Shown: positions 1 to 12,960, numbered from the stretch's first letter. The stretch is DNA of 64,000 nt from Octopus vulgaris (GCA_951406725.2 OX597822.1:3410001-3474000), one strand, 5' to 3'. Numbers and translations are program-made. Notes: a model not told the origin generated them from the sequence alone.

Positions 1-1130
1 GGTCCTTAATTCATCGACCTCGAAAGGATGAAATGCAAAGTCGACCTCGGGGGATTTCGAACTCAGAAGGTAGCGACTGACGAAATGCCTATTTCTTTAT
101 TACCCACAAGGGGCTAAACACAGAGAGGACAAACAAAGACAGACAAACGGATTAAGTCGATTATACCGACCCCAGTGTGTAACTGGTACTTATTTAATCG
201 ACCCCGAAAGGATGAAAGGCAAGTCGACCTCAGCGGATTTCGAACTCAGAACGTAGCGACTGACGAAATGCTGCTAAGTATTTTTCCCGACTCACTGCCT
301 TGATTAGATTTAATTAATGTACCGGTACCTGTACATTTGCATAAATATTTTTTTCTTTCTATGATAGACTCAAGGTCTGAAATTTGTGTGTGAAGTGGGG
401 TGGTGTTAGTTGATTAAATTGAACCCAGTGCTCGGCTGATATTATTTCATCGCCCCGAAAAGGTTGAAATGTAAAGTAAACTTCGGCAGAATTTCAACTC
501 ACACCATATAAAGTCGGAAGACGTGCCGCTAAGTATTTTGTCCGGCGTTAATGAATCTGCTCGCTCACCGCCTTGCATTACTATAAATAGTCAATTCTAC
601 TAAAGCACAAGACATGATATTTTACATCAACCTCAGTACTTGACAGGTATTTAATTTATGGACCCCAAAATGGGTACTAAAGAATCTGCCTTACCATTAG
701 AACAAATAATGACATCAAAGATTGGCACGAGTTCAGTAATTTCGGGGGGGAGGGGATGAATCGATTACATCGACTCCGGCATTCCACTGGTACTTTTTTT
801 ATCGACCCTGAGAAGATAAATGGCAAAGTTGATCTCGGCGGAATTTGAACAAAGGAAGGACGTAAAAACGGACGAAATGCCGGACGTATTTTGCCCGGCG
901 TGCTAAGTGTTCCGGGAGCTTGACGTCTCAACACTAGCATAAATAATCTTTTCCACAAAAGACCTGAAATTTTCGGGGCGGGAGGGAGGTGTTAAATAAA
1001 TCTACCCTAGTGCTTCACTGGTACTTAATTTATCAACCCAGAAAGGGATGAAAGGCAAAGTCGACCTCGGCTGTATTTGAACTCACAGCGTAAAGGCGGA
1101 CGAAATGCCTAGCATTTTGTCCGGCGTGGT
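1..1130 (-). mobile_element. Tandem cluster of about 6 tRNA-derived SINE family B copies (MetaSINE-like central domain)
   Basis: Repeated units that read on the minus strand ggcgagctggcagaa...ttctgagttcaaattccgccgaggtcgactttgcctttcatcctttcggggtcgataaattaagtaccag, with A/B-box-like head. The copy at about 89-300 has the long tail ending aaagaaatagg. Confidence 0.85.
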
Positions 1131-1767
1131 AAAAAAAGACATACATAAATAATACATTTATAAATACAGACAGATACTAGTTTGAGATGTGAAGGTAATT
1201 TGCGTATTGTTTGTAACACGGTTAGCTAGTAAACAGGGGCAAAATTGTTTGCTTATTCGAAATACATATATCTATCTATATATATATATATATGGGCACG
1301 CATATACACACACCATCCTACCCCAAAAAATTCTTTAAACAACACACATCTATTTACACCACCCTGGAACCAATCAAAAACAGTCCCCCCCCCCCACACA
1401 CAGACACTTGTATACGTGTATGTGCACGCACACAGGGACACACACACTCACACCAATCTCACCTCCATACAGGCACACATATATACACACGCAGCACCAT
1501 GTCAAATGCCATCCACACACATACATGCGTACACACGCACACACACACACACACACACACAACACCATGACAACCACACGCACGTTTGACAAACAGACAC
1601 TATCTGACCAAATGCTACGGACACACAGACACATCTATTCACAACACATGTATATGTATGCACGCACACATACACGCAGAGACACACATATTCACCTCAT
1701 CCTAACCCCAAAATCATTGATGCTTGAAGGAAAGCCAAAAAAAGAAAAAAACGGGTACATCCTTTTC

Positions 1768-1921
1768 AATTCAACATTTCTGCTAAAACGGACAGGTCAG
1801 TAACAACCTCGCCACTACATTAATGTAAATCTTTTTGAATTCATAATTCAACATTTCTGCTAAAACGGACATGTCAGTAACAACCTCGCCACTACATTAA
1901 TGTAAATCTTTTTGAATTCAT
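1768..1921. repeat. 77-bp direct tandem duplication (1768-1844 / 1845-1921)
   Basis: aattcaacatttctgctaaaacggaca(g/t)gtcagtaacaacctcgccactacattaatgtaaatctttttgaattcat occurs twice with one mismatch. Confidence 0.9.
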
Positions 1922-2104
1922 GATATTCTGTACTGAACTCTTTTAATAATTCCTCCTGGAAATTACCCTGAGATGTATAATATATTTATTTTAATCTTTT
2001 CTGCCCATTTTTTGATTGAGCTTGTTAAACCTCTTATATTCTCATCATACTGTTGTACATTTTTATGTCCTTAACATGTTAATCTTTTTTCCAAAGAGTA
2101 AACC

Positions 2105-2137
<33 letters not shown>

Positions 2138-2151
2138 CTATATAATTTATA

Positions 2152-2199
<48 letters not shown>

Positions 2200-2232
2200 T
2201 AGATAGATAGATAGATAGATATATATATAGAT

Positions 2233-2270
<38 letters not shown>

Positions 2271-2308
2271 ATATATATATATATATATATACATACATAG
2301 ATACATAC

Positions 2309-2733
2309 ATAGGCGCAGGTGTGGCTGTGTGGTAAGTAGCTTGCTTACCAACAACATGGTTCCGCGTTCAGTCCCACTGCGTGGCATCTTGGGCAAGTGT
2401 CTTCTACTATAGCCTCGGGCCGACCAAAGCCTTGTGAGTGGATTTGGTAGACGGAAACTGAAAGAAGCCCGTCGTATATATGTATGTATATATATATATG
2501 TGTGTGTGTATGTTTGTGTGTCTGTGTTTGTGCCCCTAGCATTGCTTGACAACCGATGCTGGTGTGTTCGGCAAAAGAGACCGATTTAACGGTTCGGCAA
2601 AAGAGACCGATAGAATAAGTACTGGGCTTACAAAGAATAAGTCCTGGGGTCGATTTGCTCGACTAAAGGCGGTGCTCCAGCATGGTTGCAGTCAAAGGAC
2701 TGAAACAAGTAAAAGAGTAAAAGAATAAAAGAG
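2309..2733 (+). mobile_element. tRNA-derived SINE family A (CORE-like, internal TA/TG microsatellite), full length
   Basis: Head taggcgcagg..tggctgtgtggtaag..gttcagtccc, CORE-like cttgggcaagtgtcttc, tail gaaacaagtaaaagagtaaaaga; many similar copies in this window. Confidence 0.9.
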
Positions 2734-2832
2734 AATATATATATATATATATATATATATACGTGTACATATACATGTATAGAGATAGATATATATATAT
2801 AGTATATATACACACACTGACACACACACACA

Positions 2833-2932
<100 letters not shown>

Positions 2933-3488
2933 CATATATATATGTGTGTGTGTGTGTAGATAAATATATAGAAAATAGATATAGTTATATAGATGGATAG
3001 ATAGATAGTTAACTGTGTCTGCGCGTGTGCATGCATGTATGGCGTATTATTGTATGCACATTCATAAATATATATGTGAACATCTATCTAACTAGCCATC
3101 TCTCCCCCTCCTCCACCTCCTCCACTCTCTCTCTCTCTCTCTCTGTATATACACACATATATATAGGTATGCATGTATTAAATGTGTGTATGTGTGTGTG
3201 CGTGTGTGTATGTGTGTGTGTTAAAAATATAGATAAACTATTGTTATAATAGAGTGTCGTACACAGATTAACAATTACAAGAAATAACATTTATCTTCCG
3301 TCGGTTGTTTGTTCAATAGAGTGTCACGTGAGGCTTGAGGATAGATAGATTTAGTTATTTAGAAGAACTAAATAGTTTAATTTCCGGCCTTCCCTTCAAT
3401 TATCAGGTTTACGTTTTCATTTATAAATCATAGAAAATCTATAACAAAAATATTACATTGACAAATACTGGTTTTGTACAATTACACC

Positions 3489-3529
3489 GATGATGATGAT
3501 GATGATGACGACAACGACGACGACGATGA

Positions 3530-3561
<32 letters not shown>

Positions 3562-3600
3562 ATGATGGTGGTGATGGCGATGATAATGACGACGACGATA

Positions 3601-3632
<32 letters not shown>

Positions 3633-3667
3633 GGTGATGATGATGATGGTGATGATGATGATGGTGG

Positions 3668-3701
<34 letters not shown>

Positions 3702-3765
3702 GATGATGATGATGATGATGGTGATGGTGATGGTGATGATGGCGATGATAATGACGACGACGATA

Positions 3766-3846
<81 letters not shown>

Positions 3847-3980
3847 GTGGTGATGATGGCGATGACGATGATGACGACGACGACGACGACGATGATGATG
3901 ATAATGGTGATGGTGATGGTAATGACGATGATGATGGTGATGACGACGATGATGATGATATCTGTAATAGTGATGATGCA
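3489..3980. repeat. (GAT/GGT/GAC)n trinucleotide tract
   Basis: Directly visible; source of the poly-D/M/H ORFs. Confidence 0.95.
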
Positions 3981-4160
3981 GTGTAATCGTTTTCGTTTTT
4001 AAATTATCCTCGGTTTTTCCCTTTTCTTCGTGAAATGCTGCAACAATTATACCTGTTTTTAAACCTGACTCATCATCGGACCCCCTGCACCATTTACTCT
4101 TAAGTATCTGTGTCTTTCTCAGGAATTTTACTTTTCCTTTCTTCCTATCATCTTTTGCGT

Positions 4161-4410
4161 GGAGGCGTGTCACTTAGTGGTTAGTGTGTTGGACGAATGG
4201 TCGTCAGATTGTGGTTTCGATTCCTGAACCGGGCGACGCGTTGTGTTCTGCAGCAGGACCTTTCATTTCATGTTGCTTCAGTTCACCAAGGTGGCACAAA
4301 TGAGTAATTCACGTACAGAACGGTGTCCTGTCCAGGTCGGAATACATACGCAATGGAAACAGGAAAAACCTACACTTATGAGTCGGTTTGACTCGAAAAG
4401 GTACCTCTTT
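4161..4410 (+). mobile_element. tRNA-derived SINE family C, degenerate
   Basis: A-box-like cttagtggttag, B-box-like ggtttcgattcc, then gttgtgttct..catttcatgttgct..aaatgagtaa; related copies at about 16540-16856 (-) and 55450-55655 (+). Confidence 0.7.
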
Positions 4411-4454
4411 TGTTCCTTGCGACTGGCCGGCGTACCTTTTCAGTGGGAAATATA

Positions 4455-4830
4455 TAGGCGCAGGAGTGGCTGTGTGGTAAGTAGCTTGTTAACCAACCAC
4501 ATGGTTCCGGGTTCAGTCCCCCTGCATGGCATCTTGGGCAAGTGTCTTCTGCTATAGCCCCGAGCCGACCAATGCCTTGTGAGTGGATTTGGTAGACGGA
4601 AACTGAAAGAAGCCTGTCGTATATATGTATATATATAAATGTATGTGTGTGTATGTGTTTGTGTGTCTGTGTTTGTCTCCCTAGCATTGCTTGACAACCG
4701 GCAAAAGAGACTGATAGAATAAGTACTGGGCTTACAAAGAATAAGTCCTGGTGTTGATTTGCTCGACTAAAGGCGGTGCTCCAGCATGGCCGCAGTCAAA
4801 TGACTGAAACAAGTAAAAGAGTAAAAAGAG
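4455..4830 (+). mobile_element. SINE family A copy with short internal deletion
   Basis: Matches 2309-2733 and 40754-41210; lacks the atgctggtgtgtttacgtcccc..gcggttc segment. Confidence 0.9.
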
Positions 4831-4999
4831 AGAGTCAACAGGAAACCGACCGTTGTGAGTCGGTTTGGCTCGAGAAGCTAACTTTCTTTTTCCCCATCCT
4901 CAGCAGTTTGCTACTATTCTTCCATGCTTTTCTTATCGATTTTCGTAGCAAGGCCGTGTGGTACATCTACTAGCAGAGTAGTAGATGCACACAAGTAAA

Positions 5000-5668
5000 T
5001 CTTCAAAAAATCTTCAAAGCCACAGTCGAACCAATTCTAATTTATGGCTCAGAAACCTGGACGTTATCAAAGAATCTTGAGAGGCGGTTGGATCCAACTT
5101 ACACTCGCCTCCTTATGAGAGCTCAAAATCTCTCATGGAAGCGTCATCCAACCAAAGTACAAATATATGGGCAACTACCACCTGTGTTTGTCTCCTTAGC
5201 ATTGCTTGACAACCGATGCTGGTGTGTTTACGTCCCCGTCACTTAGCGGTTCGGCAAAAGAGACCGATAGAGTAAGTACTGGGCTTACAAAGAATAAGTT
5301 CTGGGGTTGATTTGCTCGACTAAAGGCGGTGCTCCAGCATGGCCGCAGTCAAATGACTGAAACAAGTAAAAGAGTAAAAAGAGAGAGTCAACAGGAAACC
5401 GACCTTGTGAAATGTAGAAGAGTCCAGCTTGCTGGAAATTGTGGTAGAGCTGAAAACGAGGCAATTTTTCTACTCTTCTTCTCTGGAAGTCATCTGCTCG
5501 CGATACGTGAAGGCGCACACTCTCCTACCCTGATGTAATCTTGAGCGATACAAGCATCCAGCAACAGAACCTCCGTAATGCTATGGTGGACCGTGAAGTC
5601 TGGCGTGGCATAGTGAATTCCATTGTCTCGACCACGGTCGAACAATGATGATGATGATGATGATGATG
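5000..5668 (+). mobile_element. RTE-clade LINE 3' fragment with (GAT)n tail, interrupted at 5183-5403 by a SINE-derived segment
   Basis: Translates KIFKATVEPILIYGSETWTLSKNLERRLDPTYTRLLMRAQNLSWKRHPTKVQIYGQLPPV / LVKCRRVQLAG..NAMVDREVWRGIV, followed by gatgatgat; LxYGSETW is typical of the RTE ORF C-terminus. Confidence 0.85.
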
Positions 5669-5956
5669 AGCAGCGTAGGATCGTCATCCTGACCATTTCC
5701 GGTCGTTTACGGGCTGGTAAAAACCAACAGCATATGAGACCTGCTTCCAACTCTACTGATTGAACTTTTTCAGTGTTTCGTGCTCCCCCGTGATACAGCT
5801 CTCATAGTTGTAGCGGATAGGTCTTCCGTCTTGCATCAGAAACGAATGAATATATGAAATTATAATATTTTCACTTTTGTAAGAAAAACATCCTGATATA
5901 TATGTTGTCTCTCTCTCTATATATACATGCATGTACAAAGACACACAGACGTGTGC

Positions 5957-6113
<157 letters not shown>

Positions 6114-6685
6114 GACAGATAGACAGACAGAAAGAGAGATACATATACATATACATATGCATAATAAATTCATATATTTTTCGCAATTGACATAAATTTA
6201 TATAAAAATCGAGTCAATTTTCACAAAGAGTGCTCAATAGCAAATTAAAAATTGATTACGACTAGCAATATTTATATGAAGGAAATAAGTCAACAGAGAA
6301 ATATTTACATTGTCATAGAAAACTTAAGAGTATACAAATACTCTTAACCGGGGACTTAATATTACGTTTCTATCAGACGATATGAATAACACTGAGAAAT
6401 TTTAGTTATACGGATATAGATACTTATATTTTTGCTTACATACACACAGGCATGTATAAACAAGCACAAATATACACACATTGTCATATATATATATACA
6501 TATGAATAAATAAATGGGGTTTAACGCAGGTATAAATTTCTACTTTCGACACATGTTTCGAAAATTCCACTGATATTATTCAAAAGAATAAATGGTATAA
6601 ACAATATATATATAAACAATGCAATCTCACCCTGGTAACTATTTTTTTTTCCGTGTTAATTGTTAAGAAGGCAAAAATACACTCA

Positions 6686-6742
<57 letters not shown>

Positions 6743-6799
6743 GTATGTGTATATATATATATATATATGTATGTATATATATATATATATATACATTTG

Positions 6800-7245
6800 T
6801 TGAGCAAGATTTTTATGTGAAATCGTGTGTTGAAACAGATATTGTTGTATTTCGGAATGGTCATTTTGCTAGTTTAGCCAATAAAAACACACGCACTATA
6901 TATTAGGTGTTACTTTGCTTCAGTGTTATTTATTTATTACACTAATCTTAATCTTATTTTGGCCAGAGTTCTGTCGTCACACTCCTGTGACCGCATCAGT
7001 GGTCCTTTGCTTTCTTCTTTCTTATTTGTGTGTCTCTCCTTACTAACCGTCAGGCATTTTGTATTTCTATTGTTTGTGTCTTCATTTGCGCATGCGTATA
7101 TTTCTATGTGCGTCTATGTTTAGTTAGTGTGTGTGTGGGGAGAAATTCCTGTAATAAGTGTATCTTCTGTTTATACACGTTCGTATAATATAGTGCGTGT
7201 GTTTTTATTGACTAAACTGGCAAAATGACGATTCCGAAATAAACA

Positions 7246-7250
<5 letters not shown>
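6800..7250 (-). mobile_element. Penelope-like element terminal-repeat fragment with short inverted copy and degenerate hammerhead motif
   Basis: About 6840-6900 is repeated in inverted form at about 7190-7250. Minus strand at 6961-7004 reads ccaCTGATGCggtcacaggagtgtgacGACAgaactctgg. Same family as 50757-51414; embedded in (TA)n. Confidence 0.65.
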
Positions 7251-7280
<30 letters not shown>

Positions 7281-7361
7281 TGTATGTATGTATGTATGTA
7301 TGTATGTATATATATATTATTTATATATATATATATACATAATTATATGAATGTATGTATG

Positions 7362-7394
<33 letters not shown>

Positions 7395-7423
7395 ATATAT
7401 ATACATAATTATATGAATGTATG

Positions 7424-7474
<51 letters not shown>

Positions 7475-7852
7475 TTATACATACTATTGGAAGCGTTGCA
7501 GATTATGTAAACTATTGAATTAGGAAAGTAGTGCAATGATGTATAAACGCTGATATTCGTAAACACATAGAAATATTATGAGCTATCAATATTTTATAAG
7601 TTCCCCAAAGTGTTACGGAATGTGTCAAATATACAACTATTCCGTTATACACAGAACCAGTAAAATATTCATCTACACTCAAGCAAAAACATCTAACGCC
7701 TAAACGTCTTCAGTATCATATCTCTAAACAACACACATGAGAATGTTTGATCTTTAATGCAGTTTTAGTCTGAAGAATAACTGAAAGATTTTCCTGTGAA
7801 GCAACTATCTTTGGGCTTATGACAAATCTTTTAGGCGGATAATAAACTATTG

Positions 7853-8290
7853 GGATCTTTTCGGTTTGGCCGGCAGATTTGTCTAGCAGTGTCATATGAA
7901 ATTGTTACCCATAATTATGACCCTAGTATCGATCTATTGCATTTCAATCTGTTTTAGGGTTATGCTTAGTTAGGCTTAGTTAGGGTTAGGGTTAGGGTTA
8001 AGGGTGGGGGAAACGGTATTTTTTTTTTCTTCACAAATGTAAATAAACCCAATCTGTTTCTTAAACGAGAGACATATTCATACGGCACAATATTTTTTAC
8101 CTCAATAGACGTCAGTGATTGGTTGAAATTGCAGAAATTGAAGAAAGAAAAACAACAGACTATAGAATTTTCTCAATAAAGCCAAGAGAAAAAGATGTTT
8201 TATAAACACATTCTACCAGTATACGAAGTTTAAATTTTTTTAGTTACCTAGAAATGATGTTAAAAACTGCCGTTCAAACCGAAAAGATCC
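7853..8290 (-). mobile_element. Non-autonomous DNA transposon (MITE) with ~29-bp TIRs, 8-bp TSD and internal (TTAGGG)n; copy 1
   Basis: Termini ggatcttttcggtttg...caaaccgaaaagatcc; flanks aactattg / aactattt; ttagggttagggttagggtta at about 7980-8000. Confidence 0.9.
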
Positions 8291-8642
8291 AACTATTTTC
8301 GTAAGTTTGTACTTAAAAATTCATGAATATTACAAACGAATGCGTCAGCAAAAATCTCCATTTTGGAGATTTTGTTCAAAATTTCAAATGGCTAATTATA
8401 TGACTTCATATTTCACCCAGTGACAAGTATTACACGTTCTGAAAATGCAGATGAAACGTGTTCTAAAATAGACCTGCTGAATTACTATTAACTTCCTTTA
8501 CACATCAGATATATATGAACATGAGGAGGAAAGTCGTCTTTCCGAGTTCTTGAATGTAAACCTATTTATGAGGATCTGCATTTAAGATATTAATTCCGCA
8601 AGCATTATACAATGGTGTGCTACAGTAATTTTGAGAAGATAA

Positions 8643-9415
8643 TTCGTTCGTTTATTGGCCACAAGGGCTAACAAAAATCAATTAAAACATAAAGGGACAA
8701 AACACAGGACGAAAGTTACAAAGGGTTTTGTCCGTTTGAAAAAGTCCGTGTACAAAAGCAGGATGACAACGAAAAATAACAATTAAAGCTCCCAATAGGG
8801 GGCACTTCGAAAGGTTACTCGTGGAAAAACCCATAAAAGCACAAGGATCCTGGTCAAAAGGCGGTAGAGAGCCCCTTTCTCCTTTTATATTTCCTTTTTA
8901 TTCTCACAGGTGTATCCTCAGAATTGGTCCGTTCATTCTGGCTATTCTTGCGACATTCGCCCACCTTTCAATAAACTTGCTACCAGACATCACTTCCCTC
9001 TCTACTCTCATCTTCCTTCTCAAGTGAAACTTGAAAAAGTTGATGAGGCCTTGGCCAAAGAGGAAAATGTCTGACCTTAGCCCTTTCAAACGGATCCACC
9101 ATATCACCTCTTTCGTTACAGCCGCTAGGCAAAGGAAAACTGTTTGCCCTTCTGGTTAAAGGAGGTCGGCGGGACAATCCTCACTATGGATTCAGCTGAT
9201 AGCCGGATCCGTCCTATACGCGACACTAGCTGTTCGACATAAACCCATAGTTCAACAATACTCGGGCACTGGACGAATGCGTGCAGAACGGTTTCGTCGT
9301 CCTGGGCGCACCTCGGGAAGGCCCGTCTGACGACACTTCCGTGACGGTAGAATTTATCCCGAACAGGCAGAACCCCTCGGTAGCACTGCCAGGCGAGGGA
9401 ACCCCGGGAACCTAA
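8643..9415 (-). mobile_element. Tx1/L1-clade LINE 3' fragment (zf-RVT-like region)
   Basis: Minus-strand translation SLAWQCYRGVLPVRDKFYRHGSVVRRAFPRCAQDDETVLHAFVQCPSIVELWVYVEQL (L1/Tx1 zinc-knuckle region), followed by a 3' UTR ending in aataaa. Confidence 0.8.
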
Positions 9416-9804
9416 TCCTTTTACGAAAACATATACTTTTGAGATGGCTGGTATTAAAGTGCTTTCAACTGCATAAAAAATGTTTTACGTAACTGTATAT
9501 TAACTTGACGTTATTTCTAATAGCGCATTTTATCATTGCTTAACATTTTTTATTTCCTGCTACATTTGAAGTCCGCCTACATAAGCGCATTTATAAGAGT
9601 TAGCAAAATCTTGGCAAGATTACAACGAACAATGTGGATTGTCATACCAGAAAATTTCCCCTTGTATTTTTTGCATTTTTAATAGAATTTGTTATGGTAT
9701 ATATTGTATTCTATTCTTTTAACTTACCTTATTTTAAAGCCTCATTGTTATAATAAACAGCCCGATTAACGGATTTCTGGACAAAAGATAAGCACTCATT
9801 AATA

Positions 9805-9980
9805 TTGGCTTTAAATTTTGTCGCAAGGCCAGTAATTTCTGAGGATAGGGTAATTCGATGATCGAAGAGATGAAGGCAAAGTCAATTTACGAGGAATTTG
9901 AACTCAGAACGTAGCGACAGACGAAATGGCACTGGGCACTTTACCCGGTGCGTTAACGATTATACCAGCTCGCCACCTAT
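9805..9980 (-). mobile_element. SINE family B, degenerate copy
   Basis: gaatttgaactcagaacgtagcgacagacgaaatg...ccagctcgccacct. Confidence 0.75.
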
Positions 9981-10019
9981 AAATGCACTTACTGATATTA
10001 TCAACAATGCTTCAGTTGT

Positions 10020-10470
10020 CTAAAGAAAAAGACATAGTTGTATTTTGTTTAAACATATAGCTAGATTTTGTATTAGTATATTACAATTCTTTTTACTATT
10101 GGTAGTAACTATACCTAGAGTTGTATCCAAGAAAATAAGTCCGTTTCGATAAAGAGTTTAGTTTATTTTTACCTTTAAATCTATCTCTTTTAATATATCG
10201 CTGAACATCTGCCTAACAGCATCTATTGAGTAACAATTTAGACCTCACAAAATCAATAGCCCAACTCGGTAAAGGCAGAACATTTCATAGCTGGCTGGAT
10301 CTCTTCCGAAGTATGTCTAATAAGTAGAATCCTACCAAGTCACAAACCTAAGTTCCATTGCTGAATCCCATGGCTACATCAAAACTTTCCTGGCAATTAT
10401 GTATTATCCATAAACAATTATTATAGGCTACCAAATATTTATTGGCATGCAGGATAGTATGAACGTCTTA
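10020..10470 (-). mobile_element. Penelope-like element reverse-transcriptase remnant
   Basis: Minus-strand translation LVAYNNCLWIIHNCQESFDVAMGFSNGT*VCDLVGFYLLDIL resembles the PLE RT motif FDVTMGSxDGAEVCELVGLYLL; stops and frameshifts present. Confidence 0.65.
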
Positions 10471-11040
10471 ATCACTAACTGCGTCTCTCTCTCTCTCCCT
10501 CGTCTTCTCTTTCTCTCTTTCTCTCCATCCCCCTCTCTCTCTCTTCTTTTTCTTTCTTTATTTTAAAGGCTGCACGAGATGCAATCTTTGTCCGTGCAAG
10601 AATTATAACGCCGTGTTGCAGTCTTTTGCAATTTTGTACAAAACAGCGTAATTGGTGAATTCATGCAAACTCTTCCATCGATATTTACTGAGGAAATTTC
10701 AAATAAGAAAATGCGAGAATAGTCTATTTCCCTCTGTAATCGATTGATCATACTTTAAAAGATGGTCACCTATCGGAAAACAATCCCATTTATTCATTCA
10801 CTCATTATGAGCACGCAAAACAATGATAAGTATATTGATCCTTAATACGTTCCAGTATACTTGGACTCGATTATGATATTTCGCTGCTGGACGTTGCTTT
10901 CCAAGAATCTCTTCTTGCTTCATACGATGTGAGTTTGGAAACACTCATACTTCATCATAAGGTCAAATGTGGAAAGTAGTTCTCAGCAGGCGAAAATCAA
11001 TAGCGACAAAAGCATATTCACATCAATGTGTGCCGAATAA

Positions 11041-11480
11041 GGATCTTTTCGGTTTGAACGGCAGTTTTTTACGTAATTTCCAGGAAACTAAAAAATTTTA
11101 AACTTCGTATACTGGTAGAATGTGTTTATAAAACATCTTTTCCTCTTGGCTTTATTGGGAAAATTCTATTGTTTGTAAGATATTTGTTGTTTTTTTCTTC
11201 AATTTCTGCAATTTCAACCAATCAAATACGTCTGTTGAGGTAAAAAAAACATTCTGTGTCGTATGAATATGTCCTTCGTTTAAGAAACAGATCGGGTTTA
11301 TTTACATTTGTGAAGAAAAAAAAGATACCCTTCCCCCGCCCCTAACCCTAACTAACCCTAACTCTAATCCTAACCCTAAAACAGATTGAAATGCAATAGA
11401 TCGATACTAGGGTCATAATTATGGGTAGCAATTTCATATGACACCGCTAGAAAAAACTGCCGGTCAAACCGAAAAGATCC
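11041..11480 (+). mobile_element. TTAGGG-containing MITE, copy 2 (opposite orientation to copy 1)
   Basis: TIRs ggatcttttcggtttgaacggcagttttt / aaaaactgccggtcaaaccgaaaagatcc; flanks ccgaataa / gcgaataa; ccctaa repeats at about 11340-11378. Confidence 0.9.
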
Positions 11481-12116
11481 GCGAATAAATATACACGATC
11501 CTCAGTAATACAACTGGATTAACTATAGCAATCGTCCAAGTTTGGCTTGTTTTATAAATATGATACTACAGCGTGTGTATATTTGTGAGTATGTATCTAG
11601 GTATACGTGTGTATATGTGTGTGTGTGTGTGCGTGTGTAGTGTGTATAAGTATGCATTTGGTATCTCTGTGGAAGTTTGAGTAGAGGTGGCAGAAAGAGA
11701 AAAAAAGGAAGAAAGGAAAACAGGATCAAAGAAAGAAAGGGAACTTATGATGGGTTTGTGGAAATTGATGACAGGTCAAAAAGTCGTTTTTCATTCATTC
11801 ATTTCATTTTTGGCCAGTTGTCATTTTACCTACCTGGGAACATATATAATCCATCAGATTGTTCTGAAACAGTTTTATATATGTGTATATGTGTGTGTTT
11901 AGGCGTATGTGTGAGTGAGTATGTGTGTGTTGTTTGCTTAAGTGTATTATTTCACTTTAGTAGAAGTAATGAGAACATTATTAATAATATCCAGAGGTAA
12001 ACTTATTTGTTTCATCTGAGAGCCTTAATCTTTTGATTAGGCTTTGTCAAGTGTTTATAAATATATATATTTTTTCTTTTTTATATGTTCAGTTAAAATC
12101 GTGCTTGCGTGCTTGT

Positions 12117-12161
<45 letters not shown>

Positions 12162-12596
12162 TACATGAATTACAGACCTGGGACGCCATGATATGGCACA
12201 CTTCCACTAGACCGAAACAAGTGAAAGAAAAGGAGGCAACATATATTTGAACGTAAAACTCACTCTTCCTAATGCCATTTAAACATGCAGAATACACAGT
12301 TATCACCGATTAAGATGTCAATTATTCAAAAGTTCAAACGGACCAATGAACGATGTATCCTGATATTAGCTTTCCCTATGTATACCGTGCACATAGCGAT
12401 TTCTTTTAAAATATGACATTTTATTTTCCCTTGCGGGTCCTCATTTGAATAGGAACTTAGTAATAAAACCAAAACGAAGAAGTTAAGACTGCGTAAAAGT
12501 TGCGCAAGGACAATAAATTTCTACTCTCCAAAAGTAAAGAATCCCCCATCAGATTCATGTAACATTGTTTTTATTAGCATAAAAACAAATCCATTT

Positions 12597-12800
12597 ACTC
12601 TTTTATTCTTTTACACGTTTCAGTCGTTTGACTGCGGCTATGCAGGAGCACCGCCTTTAGTTGAACAAATCGACCCCAGGACTTATTATTCTAGTACTTA
12701 TTCTATCGGCTCTTTTGCTGAACTGATAAGTTTCGGAGACACAAACATATCAACATCGGTTGTCAAGCGATGGTAGGTTGGGGGACAAACAACAGATGCA
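12597..12800 (-). mobile_element. SINE family A 3' half
   Basis: Reverse complement of the family A tail (gcaaaagagccgatagaataagtact..ggcggtgctcc..gaaacgtgtaaaaga). Confidence 0.8.
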
Positions 12801-12843
12801 AAGACGCACACACATAAATATATATACATACATATATATGTAT

Positions 12844-12893
<50 letters not shown>

Positions 12894-12898
12894 GTATA

Positions 12899-12945
<47 letters not shown>

Positions 12946-12960
12946 GTATATATATGTGTA

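Noticed and set aside
1-1130. CRISPR-like or satellite array
   Set aside because: The units are diverged ~170-230-bp SINE copies in a eukaryotic context, with no short identical repeats separated by unique spacers.
3439-4173. 244-aa poly-His ORF and overlapping poly-Asp/poly-Met ORFs
   Set aside because: These are translations of a (GAT)n microsatellite, open in several frames only because the repeat lacks stops; the same applies to 62184-62609.
7960-8010. (TTAGGG)n as a chromosome end or telomere-fusion relic
   Set aside because: The repeats are internal to a TIR/TSD-bounded MITE present three times in the window.
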